Assembly: GCF_032191835.1 (NCBI RefSeq)
Contig: NC_083237.1
Span: forward strand, 48,918,001 to 48,982,000
DNA: 64,000 nt
Reading direction: 5' to 3'
Source of the DNA: Heteronotia binoei
Lineage: Eukaryota
Below, piece by piece: positions 13,701-26,102 of this stretch (position 1 is its first letter; each line of letters starts with the position of its first letter). The notes below the pieces were generated by a model. It was not told where the DNA came from and made no database searches. It was given only the letters and a program-made list of their open reading frames with translations. The translations under genes were made by a program, and so were the position numbers.

Positions 13701-14742
13701 CATGTCATTTTGTAGTCTTTCTGTATGAACAGCAGTATGCATGTGTGTTTGAATTATGATTTGGCTGCACCAGTTTCTGAATTGCATATGATGAGGCTTG
13801 TATACAGCTTAGCATCAGTGCCGTAACAATCACATAGTAGCTGGCACTCCAAGCAGCCTTGCAAAATCAGAAATGTGTGAGGTTACCAGATATCACAGAC
13901 TCCACTGGACTTCACACACACACACACACAAGAAACTTCTTTGCCTTGGCAACTCTGCTGTGGGCTGGTACTAAAGCACTGTCCTGCCATTTGTACTTTA
14001 TATAGTTCTATTTTAAAAAAAACCAGGAAGAGAGAACCTTATTTTTAGACACATTAAAAATTGTGAAAGCCTTCTTTGTGACGGCGCTGGGAAAACAATT
14101 GGTGTTTTTCTTGTTGTGCTCTATATTGTAATTTATTAACAAGATCCCCTTCCAACCAGCGCTTCCCACTTTTGCCCACATAAAGAGAATTTTACATACA
14201 GTCTTTGGATTCAGGAGGAACCACCCAAGATAATAAACAGCTGCTGTTGGGCTGTGAATGTCTCTTTGAAATCTCCCTGGATTAAAGTTTTGGCTTCTTT
14301 TGCAGGAGTCTGCACAAAATCCTATGGTTTGGTATAATTGAATGTTTGCCTCGAAACTGTCATTGTAACAGACCACTCTTGCATGTATTGGCATTCTTTT
14401 TAGTTTCAAGTTGTGTTTGAATGTAACTCTTTTTCATAATTCTGCCGTCCTACCACCCGACAGTGCAAGATGCTGTGTGACTAATCCTGTTTAGCTAATT
14501 GTATTAGGAAAAGTGATTTTGCCCTTAATCCGAAAGAACTGATGGTAGAGGAGTCTGCCTTTTTAAAGGGCGTGGTGGACTGCTGGAGAGTGAATCCTCT
14601 GCAAACCATCATGGTTGCTAGTTTTGTCAGGCTTCACTGTGTCACCCTCTGACCTGTCCTGCCCCTTGGGGTCCATGGCTATGAAGAGGTGTGTGGGGCG
14701 TGTGCACGAGTGTACTGAATGCTCACATGCACCTAGGCTCTC

Positions 14743-15011
14743 AGTCAGTTTGGTGTAGTGGTTAAGTATGTGGACGCTTATCTGGGAGAACCAGGTTTGA
14801 TTCCCCACTCCTCCACTTGCAGCTGCTGGAATGGCCTTGGGTCAGCCATAGCTCTGGCAGGGGTTGTCCTTGAAAGGGCAGCTGCTGTGAGAGCCCTCTC
14901 AGCCTCACCCACTTCACAGGGTGTCTGTTGTGGGGGGAGAAGATATAGGAGATTGTAAGTGAGTCTCTGATTCAGAGTGAAGGGAGGGCTATAAATCTGC
15001 AATTCTTCTTC
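14743..15011 (+). mobile_element. Main tRNA-derived SINE family (MIR/Ther1-derived, Squam3-like); + copies also at ~4485-4642 (5' truncated), 34735-36069 (interrupted), 40121-40382, 58391-58626
   Basis: Pol III A box tggtgtagtggtt and B-like ggtttgattccc, shared body, (TTC)n tail; about ten recognisably similar copies in the window. Confidence 0.85.
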
Positions 15012-15353
15012 AGTCCCTCTGGTTTCCCCATCTAGGGACCCTAACAGGGCAGTTCTTTATGCCCTTTGAACACCCCAATGTTTTGCATCCCTGCAGGCTT
15101 TTCCTGCACCATGTGATACCTGCTCTTCCAGGGACCACTGCAAACCTGGAGCACAAAGAGGTTGTTTTATTATTTATTGCTTCATTTGTTCTCCACCTTT
15201 CTCCCCAAAGTCGACGGTGTTCTTCTCCATTTTATCACCCCAATAGCTGTGAGTAGGTGACCAACCCAGTTAAGGTCATCCAAGCGAGCTTCTGTGGCAG
15301 AGTGGGGATTCAAGTCTGGGTCCTTGTGCCGGTCCTAGTCCTACAGTCTAACC

Positions 15354-15958
15354 CAGGGGTGTCAGACTCATTTGTTATGATGGCTGGGTCTGACATAAGA
15401 CCTTGTTGGGACAGGCCATGTCAAGTTGGGCCACGCGTGTACGTATTTAAGATTAGGTAGCAGAGATATAAATTTTATAAAGAACACAGACAAACACAAA
15501 TATATATTTTTAAGAACTCAAAACATGCTTAAAACGTTAGCACTCATTGGTCTTAAAGATGCTTTCTTTGTATTTCTCCCATGGGATCCAGGGAACTGGG
15601 CAAAGGAAGCTCTGGCTTCTTCCTTCCCCAGGGTGCTAGGAGGGGGAGGAGCCTCAGCCAATAGAAGGAAGATAGGCTTGGCTCAGTAGCTCTGCTGTGC
15701 AGTGAAAGAGCCTGGTAAAGCAACTTCTGCCTTCCCCCCCACTTCTTCCCCAAGGGAGGTTTCCTCAGCCAATGGAGAAAATAGAGGTTTTGCTTTGTAC
15801 CTCCTGTGCAATTAAGCAAGCCCAGCAAAACAAGCTGTTATGCAGAAGAAAGCAAGATATAGGGAGAAGGAAGCAGATGACAGCCAGTTGCTCAGGGGCC
15901 AGATAGGAGCCCTCCGGGGGCCTAATTCTGCCCCCGCAATGCATGTTTGACACCCCTG
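15354..15958. mobile_element. CAGGGGTGTCAAAC-TIR hAT MITE (~600 bp); opposite-orientation copy at 17839-18465, interrupted copy at ~40050-40739
   Basis: TIRs caggggtgtca/tgacacccctg; the 17839 copy has a perfect TSD acctagtg. Confidence 0.8.
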
Positions 15959-16345
15959 CTGTAACCACTACATCACAGTGGCTCTTATTGCATTCTTTGT
16001 GTCAAGGCTGGTCAGCTTCTGCACAACCATGCTTTTAATCATTTCCCCTGTGAATCAAAATGCATTCTGTTTATCAGTATGGCTCCAGGTTGGAGATACA
16101 GAAAGATGGTGAAATAATATTATTTCAAAACCACCTTTAGGCACACCTGAACTATAAGGAACCTATTGTGCCTGTTTATGAGAGAAGTGGGGGGGGGGGG
16201 GGCAATTTAAAAAAATTAAGGAGCCATCAGTGTTACAAAACGAAGAACATTATTTTATTTCCTCTAATCCTCCTACTCCATAGTACAACCAGCTGAAATG
16301 ACAGGTGTACAAAAAATCCACCAACTTTACCAACTAGATGAAGCA

Positions 16346-16560
16346 AGGGGAGGGACAGTGTCTCATTGGTAGAGCATCTGCTTGGGAAGCAGAAAGTCCC
16401 AGGTTCAATCCCTGGCATCTCCAAAAAAGGGTCCAGGCAAATAGGTGTGAAACACCTCAGCTTGAGACCCTGGAGGTCCGCTGCCAGTCTGAGAAGACAA
16501 TACTGACTTTGATGGACCAAGGGTCTGGTTCAGTATAAGGCAGCTTCATATGTTCATATG
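16346..16560 (+). mobile_element. Second tRNA-derived SINE family; copies also at ~33425-33830 (-, interrupted), 34436-34628, 43668-43858, ~47490-47670, ~52430-52606, ~57636-57790 (-)
   Basis: Head gctcagtggtagagcatctg...ggttcaatccc, shared body and tail ttcagtataaggcagcttcatatgttc. Confidence 0.8.
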
Positions 16561-19500
16561 TTCATGTTCAAGCCCACAAGCAAAAAGGTAACTGCAACCT
16601 TTTCCCATCTCTTACGACAACCGCAGTCCCCACCCCTAAAAACAGAAATGCATCTTTCTCTTGCAGTTGAGAAATGTATCCTCAGTATTTTCTTCCTTTT
16701 TGAATTGTATTCCAGCATTTGCTTATCCTATGTGTACAGGAATTACAATGATGCAATACTTTATACAGTCTTGCATAAAAGCCTTCATGTTAGATAGTTC
16801 TTTGAAATATTATTGGATGATTAAATATATGAACACCTTGTCATAAACATGTTATTATTGTAAAAGAAAATATTTCATAAACCAATTTTTATTTTTTTTT
16901 CCTGGAAAACAGCAGCTTCTGAAAAAACGGGGTGGAGGGATGGGGTGTTTCTAAATGAGACCAATCCTGCATTTCACATCTCCATACACTTCCCTGAACT
17001 GTAAATGCATACCAGAGAGACGTGTGTATTGGAGGAATTCTTTTATGACTGTGTGTAGGCTTGGGCATAGATAACCTTGCTAATTTATCTCTGTAAAATT
17101 AAATGGGAATGAGCTGTTGAGGGAGGAGACAGTATAACTATTGCCTTTTTCTGAATACATTGGAGTTTGAATTATTACAGGAATGGCTGTTTTTTTTAAA
17201 AAAAAAATCTGTCATGACTCACAGCTGGACACCTCTGGCGTTAAAATGCAGTCCAGCTTTAGAAAGGGAAAGAAGCAACACCAAAAGCATGTGGTTGTTC
17301 AGTGGAGAGGTAATGGGGTACTGCTAGTAGCAGAAATGTGTGCTTTGGAGATACTACGTTTCAGGTTCCGTTTGTGACCTCTTTCCCTTAATGGTGCGGT
17401 AGTTAGATTGTAGTAGCCAGCTGACATACTTGATACAGTCTTCCTAGAGAATTGCCTGGTGGGAGCAAAAGTGGCACATAATGTGTGGAGCCCCCCAAGG
17501 GAAAAGATCCTTAGGGTTTGCAGTGCTGTGAATCAATTTTAGGGCAGAAGACAGAAGGTGAAACAGTTAAAGGGGAAGGGAGGTTGGGAAGGATAACAGT
17601 GGGTTCTGTAGAGGATTTGTTTAAGAGAGCTGTGTGAGCTGTACATTAAAAAATCCCTGTGACGTATGTAAACACTTTTTAAAGAAAAAAGTTAGCACTA
17701 TTACCTTTTAATATACTAGCAATATTGCACTTTTATCCCTCCCTTCCTCCAGTGATCCCAAGGCAGCAGGTGTGCCTTCTCACAACAACCCTGCAAAGGC
17801 AAGTTAAGCTAGAGTGATTAGCCCAGGATCACCTAGTGCAGGGGTGTCAAACATGCAGTTTGGGGGTCGAATCAGGCCTCTGGAGGTCTCCTATCAGGCC
17901 CCCAAGCAACTGGCTGTCATCTGCTTCCTTCCCCCTCTTTCTTGCTTCCTTCTGCATAACAGTTTACTTTGCAAGGTTTGCTCAATTGCACAGAAACTAC
18001 AGAGCAAAGCCTCTATTTTCTCCATTGGCTGAGGCTCCTCCCTTGGGGAGGAAGGAAGGAGGAATAGCTTGCTTTGCCAGGCTCTCTCAGTTGCACTGTA
18101 GAGCTGCCGAGCCAAGCCTCTCTTCCTTCTATTGGCTGAGGCTCCTCCCCCACCCCACCCCACCCCAGTCCCCTGGGGAAGGAAGAAAAGAACCAGAGCT
18201 TCCTTTGCCCAGTTCTCTGGATCCCATGGGAGAAATACAAAGAAAGCATCGTTAAGACCAATGAGTGCTAATGTTTTACGTTTTTAGACATATATATTTG
18301 TGTTTGTTTGTGTTCTTTATAAAATTTATATCTCTGCTACCTAATTTTAAATAAGTACACACATGGCCTGGCCTGACATGGCTTGGCCCAACCTGACATG
18401 GCCTGGCTCAACAAAGTCTCATATATGTCAGATCTGGTCCTCATAACAAATGAGTTTAACACCCGACCTAGTGGGTCCATGGCTAACCACTACACCACAC
18501 TGGGTCTCATTCTGCGAGTCAGAACTTAAGGGCAGCAGATTAAAAGGAATGTCCACATTCAGAGGGGGTAAATCTCCATACCAATAGGCAATCTCCAGTG
18601 AAGGCCTTGACCTGTATGTTGTCAGGCCTTCAGAGGAACTGGTCGAGCCAGTGTGTGAGGCAGGATGCTGGACTAGATGGACCACCAGTCTGATCCATCA
18701 GGGCTCTTATGTTCTTAAACTATGCAGGGCACTGAGGGTTCCTGTGCATTACACTTTTAAACCTGATATTAAAGCCTTGAGGTTTAGAAAATTCTAAAAA
18801 AAAAAAAAATGATATTCTGAACAGTGTACTCTGCACCAAATTCCACTCATGCATCGTGAGGGCCTAGCAATACATTCAGCCCTGTAGATGGAATTGTCAA
18901 GAAAGCGGAAACCGTGGAGGTGTAGTGCTCAGCTACTGTGTGCTGTGCTTACATTCAATACAGATAAACACCTCAATCATCCTCCTGTTTACAGCTTATC
19001 TTCTCAAAAGGCTTAAGAGACAGGGCTCCCTGAAGAGAGGGGATCGTGTCATCTGTGTATGTGGGAGAGAGATAGATTAGAATCTTGTATCTGAGTTAAA
19101 AAAAAAACTCTTGTGGTTTCAAAGCTGGGTTTTGAGATGGAGCTTCCAAAATGCAAGCTTTAAGTTAAGAGATCCTGTGGGGTAAATCACAGCTCAGGCT
19201 GTCTACCACCACCACCAGCATCACTCTTAAAATTGACCTTACTGGCAGCTCTGGAGTTGGTTGCTAGCTATTCAAGGTCAAGGAAGCAGAAGATGAGCTT
19301 ATGTTGATTTTTTTTTTAAATCGGTGTGCATTCTTTTGAGTTTGCAAAAGTGTTGCGTTGGATTACAAACTGTTGCCTCAATCTTGCTAATGCAATCTAC
19401 ATGAAGAAACTGGTTTTGCTTGCTGGTTAGTGCACAAAAATCTTTTGGTGTGGTGGAGGCCACCTTGGGCAATGGTACAGAATGTGGCACCTTGAGCGTT

Positions 19501-22160
19501 TGTCCCTTATGCAGCTCTCATTATGATGAAGTGATGGAAGGCACCAGAAATCCAGTCGAAGCCTGCGTACAAGGCTTGGTAGTGGCGTTGTGTGGTGGTT
19601 TTCTGGCCTTGGCGTTGTTGTGGAAAAGCTTCTTGATGATGGGGGGGGGGGCAACAGTAGGAGGGCTTCTGGAATTCTGGCCTTGCTGGTAGCCCTCCTG
19701 GTGACCCCTGGTTTGTGGCCCCTGTGTGACACAGTGTTGCTGGGTGGGCCATTGGCCTGATCCAGCATGGCTTCTCTTACATCCTAAAAAATCCATAAAT
19801 TGGTTATTTTTGCATTTCTCCTCCCTCCAAAAAAAAATTCAGTTCATTAGAACTGCAAATATTGGACCATTTCCAACCAGCTTTTCCAAAGGTCAACAGA
19901 TTATGCTTGGGGGGATGGTGGGGGAAGTATGATGGAAGTCTAAATGAGGAAGATAATTGAGTAAGACTAAGTGGGGGCAAAAGCTTGCTGGATACAACCT
20001 AATATGCAGTTTATTAACGCTTGAGACATTTTGCAGAAGAAATGGGTTGTGCAAATAAACTTTATTTCATTTATACCTCGCCTGTCTCCACAATGGAGGA
20101 CCCAAAGCGACTGACATCCATAGCCAGGATTTCATGTTTGGTGGGGCCCACAGCAGGATTTGTTGTTTGAGGGGCTCTCGGCACTATAAGCTGTTTTGAG
20201 TCCTACAAGCTAACCCCCCTTCGCCTGGGCAGTCACAGCAGCTTCGCTCCCCCCCTTTCTTGTGTGCCCCTCTCTGAGAGACAGAGACCTCTTGACTCCC
20301 CCCCCCCCCCCTGCTCTGCACACCTCAGGCATTCCTGCATGGCTAAAAAGCAGGGACTTAAATTATCATACTGCAAGGGCCACACCCCAGGCTTTTAATA
20401 TGCTGTTTGCTTTATCTTTCCGAAGCATGTGGTACAAAATGAGAGGGCTCTGCAAAGCCACAGATAGTTCAGGGTGGAGGGTGAAGCTTGTTTCACGTGC
20501 CATCCTGTAATCTCGTGTTCTGTGTGGCAGGGCTGAGGAACTCTAGTTAGCCATTAGCAGGGTGATGTTTTCCAGCTGTGGTGATTTTTTTAAAGTGAGT
20601 CTATTTTTGTTACTTGGATTTCCAAGTCTTTCATTGAGGATAAGGGTATTGGGGGCGGGGGGGTGAGTGATTATGGTGTTGGTGAAATTTTTGAAGTTAA
20701 AAATATGTAATTGAAGAGAGTATTAGAGTTTATGAAACACCTCTTCATTTCCACCGTTCTGCAGAGTGGCCTGACTAAAGCCTCTTGAAAAGAAACGGAA
20801 AGTCCTAATTTGACAAACTAGCTGCAATTCCAGTTGGTCTGTACTACCCACATAGATATATTTCCTTGTTTGTTCACTTATGCAAGAATAAAAGTAGGGT
20901 TTCTTCAGGGTTTTGAGATGCCCTCCATCCTTGGATTGAACTGCTGCTTGATGGGGACTGGAAATCATAAATTCAAAAAGGGACCTACTAGAGTCATTTG
21001 ATTGTGTTAATAATGCTGGTTCTGGCACTTTTCACTCGCATTGAATAACACACTTCCAACCCACTTCTAATGCACTTTGCAACTTTTTTATTGTGTGAAA
21101 TGGCAAAATCAACTTGCAAACGATTACTAAAGTAGGTTGAAAGTGCATTATTCAGTGTGCGCGAAAGTGCATACTGACTTTTCCCTGTTTCTCCTACCAA
21201 AGGTTCTATAACTAGATTCCAGACACCAACCAAGGATCTTCTACATGCAATGCATGCTTCTTCTATTACTCTATAACAGGCCTGTTCTATTACTCTCTAA
21301 TAGGGGGTGGCCAAAATTGCTTAGCGGAAGAACCACAAGACATGAACATCAGATGTTTGAAAGCCACAAGACATGAATATCAAATGTTTGAGAGCTTTAA
21401 GACAGAAGGAAGGAAGGAAGGAAAATATGAGGGAGGGAGGAAGGAGAGGTGGAAACAAAACAAGGTTAACTTTAAATGCATTTTCCTAGCTGCCAGCTGG
21501 CTTGGCGCAGAGAAGTGATTTTAAGAGACAAATGCCTTCTCTAGCTTGGCCGACAGTATGGGGGGGGGGGCTTTGAGAGCCACACAATATGTGTGAAAGA
21601 GCCACATGTGGCTCCCGAGCCACAGTTTGGCCACCCCTGCTCTATAACAAACTTGCTTAATGTAGGAGCTGCATAGAATAAACATCAGATATTTGAGAGC
21701 CGCAAGACATGAACATCAAATGTTTGAGAGAAGGAAGGCAATTAGATGGGGTGGAGGGAGAGATGGAAAGAAAGCAACTTTAAATACACACTCTAAGCTG
21801 CTGGATGGCTTGGCTTGGAGAAGTGATTTAAAGAGAGATATGCCTTCTCCCAAGGCAGCCAATAAGGCAGTGGAGGCTTCAAGAGCCACACAATGAGTGA
21901 AAGAGCCACATGTGGCTCCTGAACCACAGTTTGGCCACCCCTGCTCTATAACCTTTCTCATCCCTTCTTTATAGATAATGCTGCTGGTGGGAATCAGCAT
22001 GCAGAACGTTGGTTACTTTTTTAAAGTTCTGTGCCCAGAAAATCCAAATTATCAAGAAAAGCTTTGCAAGTTACACGAATGGAGGGTATTTACATAATGT
22101 CTCCTATTCTGCACCCTGATTTTGGTAGTCCTAGGGAAGTGAAGGAACAGAAGAGCGGGA

Positions 22161-22440
22161 TCATAGAATCATAGAGTTGGAAGGGACCTCCAGGGTCATC
22201 TAGTCCAACCCCCTGCACAATGCAGGAAACTCACAAATACCTCCCCCGAAATTCACAGGATCTTCATTGCTGTCAGATGGCCATCTAGCCTCTTGTTTCA
22301 AAACTTCCAAGGAAGGAGAGCCCACCACCTCCTGAGGAAGCCTGTTCTACTGAGGAACCACTCTAACAGTCAGGAAGTTCTTCCTAATGTTGAGCCAGAA
22401 ACACTTTTGATTTAATTTCAATTCATTGGTTCTGGTTCAA
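22161..22440 (-). mobile_element. CR1 LINE 3' end; further CR1 tails at ~19600-19785, 27680-27975, 34185-34730 (SINE nested), 55420-55603, ~59235-59370
   Basis: (ATTCTATG)n terminal repeat (atcatagaatcataga) and the ggttggactagatgacc stem; other copies end in ttatgttcttat. Confidence 0.75.
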
Positions 22441-22799
22441 CCCATTGGTTCTGTTCAAGGTACTGGGAATTTGGGAGGAGGATCTCAGTATTTTGAGATT
22501 TCACCAGGCATTGGTTAATAATTGTATTTCTATTCTGCTCGAAGGAATTGGGGGGGGGGGTACTTTCCCTTCCCTTCCCTATGTATTCATTGGAAGGTGT
22601 TTTGCTTTCCTTTTTAGAAGTTTTGTTTTGTTTTTAATTTGCCTCCTTTCCCATGTCCAAAGCAGGATCCATCCATTTAGATTCTGCCCGTCCTCCAAAG
22701 AAATAAGGCTGGTGGTACAGGATCCCCCGCCCCTGCCAATCTTCTCCTTACAACAACCTTGAGGCAGGAGAGGCTAAGACAAGGTGACAGGGACCAAGA

Positions 22800-24450
22800 T
22801 CGCTCACGGGTGGCCCTTGCGCCACCAGCTTTTAAAATGTACCTTTGCAGCCACGCGGGCTAAAGGCTTGCTTTGAAACCCACGAAAGCCCAACGCTGCC
22901 GGCTTCCGCGTCCCATCCTACGCTTTCCTTGCGCGCTTCCCACGGACCCGCGGCCTCACCCGCAACACGGCTCAGCCGGCTGAGGAGCTGCTTGACATTC
23001 CTGGAGCCTGAGAGGGCTTTTCTCTTCGACTCGAGAGCCCATCGGCAAGGCGTTATTATCGGCCTTATCGAGGGAATCTTCCCTCCGGGGCACGGCAAAC
23101 CGTGCCGATGGCGTAAGTCAGAAGTTCCTCCTCGTCCGGGGCCCTTCCGCTGCGGGGACAAAAAACGGAGGAGTCAGTCCGGGCAGGTGACCCAGTTCGA
23201 GCTCATTCGGGTCTCGGCGAACTTCCCCAGCGGGCGGCTTTCGGTCCTCTTCCTCTCGGAAAGCGATGGCACAGGTGGGTCTCGGCTTTGCCTCGTTTCC
23301 CCTCCCTGGATCGTCTCTCGGCGCGCACCTCCCTTGGCTGCACCGGGCCAAGGCGGGAGACATCGGCTGCGATCCCACATGCTAAATAACGCCGTTTCGA
23401 TCCATTTTCCAACCGGATCTTGCCAAGTTCACATAGTAAAATCCAGTTGGGAAGTGGATTGAAACGGCATTATTTAGCAGGTGTGATCGCAGCCTTTGCT
23501 GGCCAAACGGCCTGGGCACTTTTGCTCGCCACGCCGCTGTCAGTTTCGCCGAGAGGGGCGCGCAGTATCGAAGAGGGGCAAAGAAAAAACTCCAGGGGTC
23601 GCTTCTGCTGTCCTGAAATGCCCCTGGGAAGGGGGCGGGGGCGCGGCTGGCGCTAATGGATGCTGCCTCTTTCTCTGTTGCGGTCTCGCTCCCCTTTTGA
23701 TCGGCACTCAGGCGCCCTTCCGATTGGCCGCTCCGCTTGTGACGTGAGAGGACTGCGGTTGTCCTGTGTAGCAAAAGCGCCGGGCTTAGTTTCCGTCTCT
23801 TTTTCTGGGGAATCGCGGCGGGCGGGGGGGCCTTCTCTGCAGCGAGGGGTGGGGGGGAGAAAGATGTGATAGGGGGCAGGAGCTAGGGAAGGCCCGGGTC
23901 GTCTTCGGCCGCGCCCCCCAACCCTTCCCCCAAGCCCTTTCCTTTATATAAGGGAGAGATCTCCTGGTCCCACTGGCTAAGAGCGCTCGGGCTGGGAGGG
24001 AAAAGCAGCTTCTCTTCTTTCTCTCTCCCCCCCCCTCCCCCTTTCTTGACCGAAGCCCAAGAAGAACCATGCAGTGAGCAGAGTTCAAGTCTGAACGGAA
24101 AGTAGGCATTTCCCAGGCCCCCCACCCCGGCTCCTTCCCCCCCCCCCCTCCTGCTCCTTTTAAACCGGCGTCCGATCCAAGAACGCACGTGAGTCTGCCG
24201 CGCTTGCGGGGAACGGGGCGGGCGGTGGGGAGGCAGAGAGTTCAGGATCGGCCCAAGGGCAAAAGGGACACCCGGAGGAGGCAGCTAGCCGTGGGAGGGG
24301 CGGGGGCAGGATGTTAGCGAGGGGTGAAATCCAAACGCTTTGGAGCGGCTGGGGGAAATGTCAGGGGCAGCAGAAGGCGGTGGGAGATTGTACGTTCCTG
24401 CAGAGAAGTCTGGATGACTCTTGGGAACCGGGGGGGGGGGGGGTGGCGGG
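22800..24450. promoter_or_regulatory. CpG island with promoter motifs; probable PHOSPHO1 promoter and non-coding exon 1
   Basis: CpG-rich relative to the flanks; GC box 23631-23640, reverse CCAAT 23723-23727, TGACGTGA 23740-23747, TATATAAG 23945-23952, strong donor cac|GTGAGT 24189-24194. Assignment to PHOSPHO1 is inference. Confidence 0.65.
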
Positions 24451-25814
24451 AGCTGCGACAGGGATCTTCCGGTGTCCCTAGGGCTGCGGGATTAATATTG
24501 GAAGAGGAGTCCTCCTAACCCTTAGGGAGGGTCTCCATCTGGCCGCTGGAATAAGGGGGAGCAAAAAGACAAGACTTTTTTGACACGCACGCGCACACAC
24601 ACCCGGGCTATTCTGGTGGGGAAGGGGGATGTGGTTCCCTTCAAGGCGAGGGGAAGAGCAAATGGGTAGAGGCGCTGGGAAGGGAGGGAGCGGGGCCCTA
24701 TCCATAATCCAGCAGCATCTGTGTTCAGAATGCGCAAGGCATCGCTGAAAATGCTGCATAAGCCTAGCATAGGGACTCCTCTGGGAGTTACCCTTCAGTC
24801 TTCCCTCCCTGATCCCATTGTAAAAGTTCTTTAGAGGCCTGGAATGAGTCTCCTCAGGACCACTGCCCCTTCTTGCTTCTAGTCTGGGGGCCCATACAAA
24901 TCCCACCTTGATTTCTCTGTGCAACAGTTAATTTTGTAGGTTATGTTCTGTCTTGTCTGGGGGTTTGCACAGTTGTCTTGGGAGAGTGGGGGAGGTGAAA
25001 GAGAAAGCCCTCCCTCCCCACCATCCACTTTTTCCTCCTACCATAGTGCCATATCTGGCAGTGAGGCTGCCATGGGCTCCCAAATAGGATGGGACCCCAA
25101 GAAAGACACACAAAGGCCCATGCCGTGGTAGAAGAAAAAGTGAATTGTGTGTGTGGGGGGGGTGGGGCACGTCTGCCTGTCTTCCAGTATGGCACATAGA
25201 TTCATAAGCATCTTTGGGCATTTATTGGCAAAGGAACCCCGGTGTTGGGGATACCAGTCCAGGAGTAGAAGTATCTGTTGGCCATGGCAGAACTGGAGAC
25301 AGACGGCCAGAGTGGGGAGACCGATGCAGGCAGTTGTTTCTGGGGAAGAAGTTCTAGAACTTTGGTTCATCAACACCAGACAAGTTCCATTTTGCAATTT
25401 GACTGCCAGTTGCCATGTTGGGAAGTTTTAATCCCAAACTGATTCCAAACAGCCGTATTGAAGGAATCCAAGAAGCAGCTGGATTTAGGGAAGGCTATAA
25501 AGAGACCGAAGGCCTGCATCTGGAGTGCCCATGCGAGCACCTCTGCCCCCCACACCTGACCTTCAGGGATGCTCTTGATTTATCAAAGCAATACATTGTG
25601 GCTGTGCTTGGAAACAAGTGACTGGCAGCAACTAGGTTATTTAAATATGCATACTCTGCTTTTCTCCCTAATGGAAATCCACAGCATTGTTCTTCCCTCT
25701 TCCGACACCCCTGTGATAGAAGGTTAACCTGAGAGAGACTGACGGGCCCAAGATCACCGAGTGAGCTTCCATGGCAGAGTGGGGATTTGAACCTGGCTCT
25801 CCTCGATCCTAGTC

Positions 25815-26102
25815 CAGGGGTGGCCAAACTTGCTTAACGTAAGAGTCTCACAGAATAAACGTCAGATGTCTGAGAGCTCTAAGACATGGACATGTTTGAG
25901 AGCTGCAAGACAGGAAGGAGGGGAAAGAAAACGACTTTAACTTTAAATGCATTCTCCAAGCTGTTGGCTGGCTCGGGGAGGTGATTTAAAGAGAGAAATG
26001 CCTTCTCCACGCTGGCCCACGGGGCGGTTGGGGCTTTGAGAGCCACACAATATGTGTGAAAGAGCCACATGTGGCTCCCGAGCCACAGTTTGGCCACCCC
26101 TG
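25815..26102. mobile_element. CAGGGGTGG MITE inserted in a MIR/Ther1-like tRNA SINE (minus strand, ~25700-26135)
   Basis: Perfect TSD tcctagtc at 25807-25814 and 26103-26110; the SINE head continues across the insertion. Confidence 0.85.

Larger units (their letters stand above)
10710..17700 (+). other. ZNF652: Probable long ZNF652 3' UTR (distal end uncertain)
   Basis: Follows the stop codon; U-rich and TE-poor to ~14.7 kb; AATAAA at 12064-12069 and 12807-12812, ATTAAA near 17645. The end position is inference. Confidence 0.55.

Noticed and set aside
22845-23774. Long ORFs in the CpG island (205 aa, 130 aa, 109 aa)
   Set aside because: They overlap on both strands, have the Arg/Pro/Gly/Ala-rich composition expected of stop-poor GC-rich DNA, show no recognisable domain, and run through a hairpin repeat.
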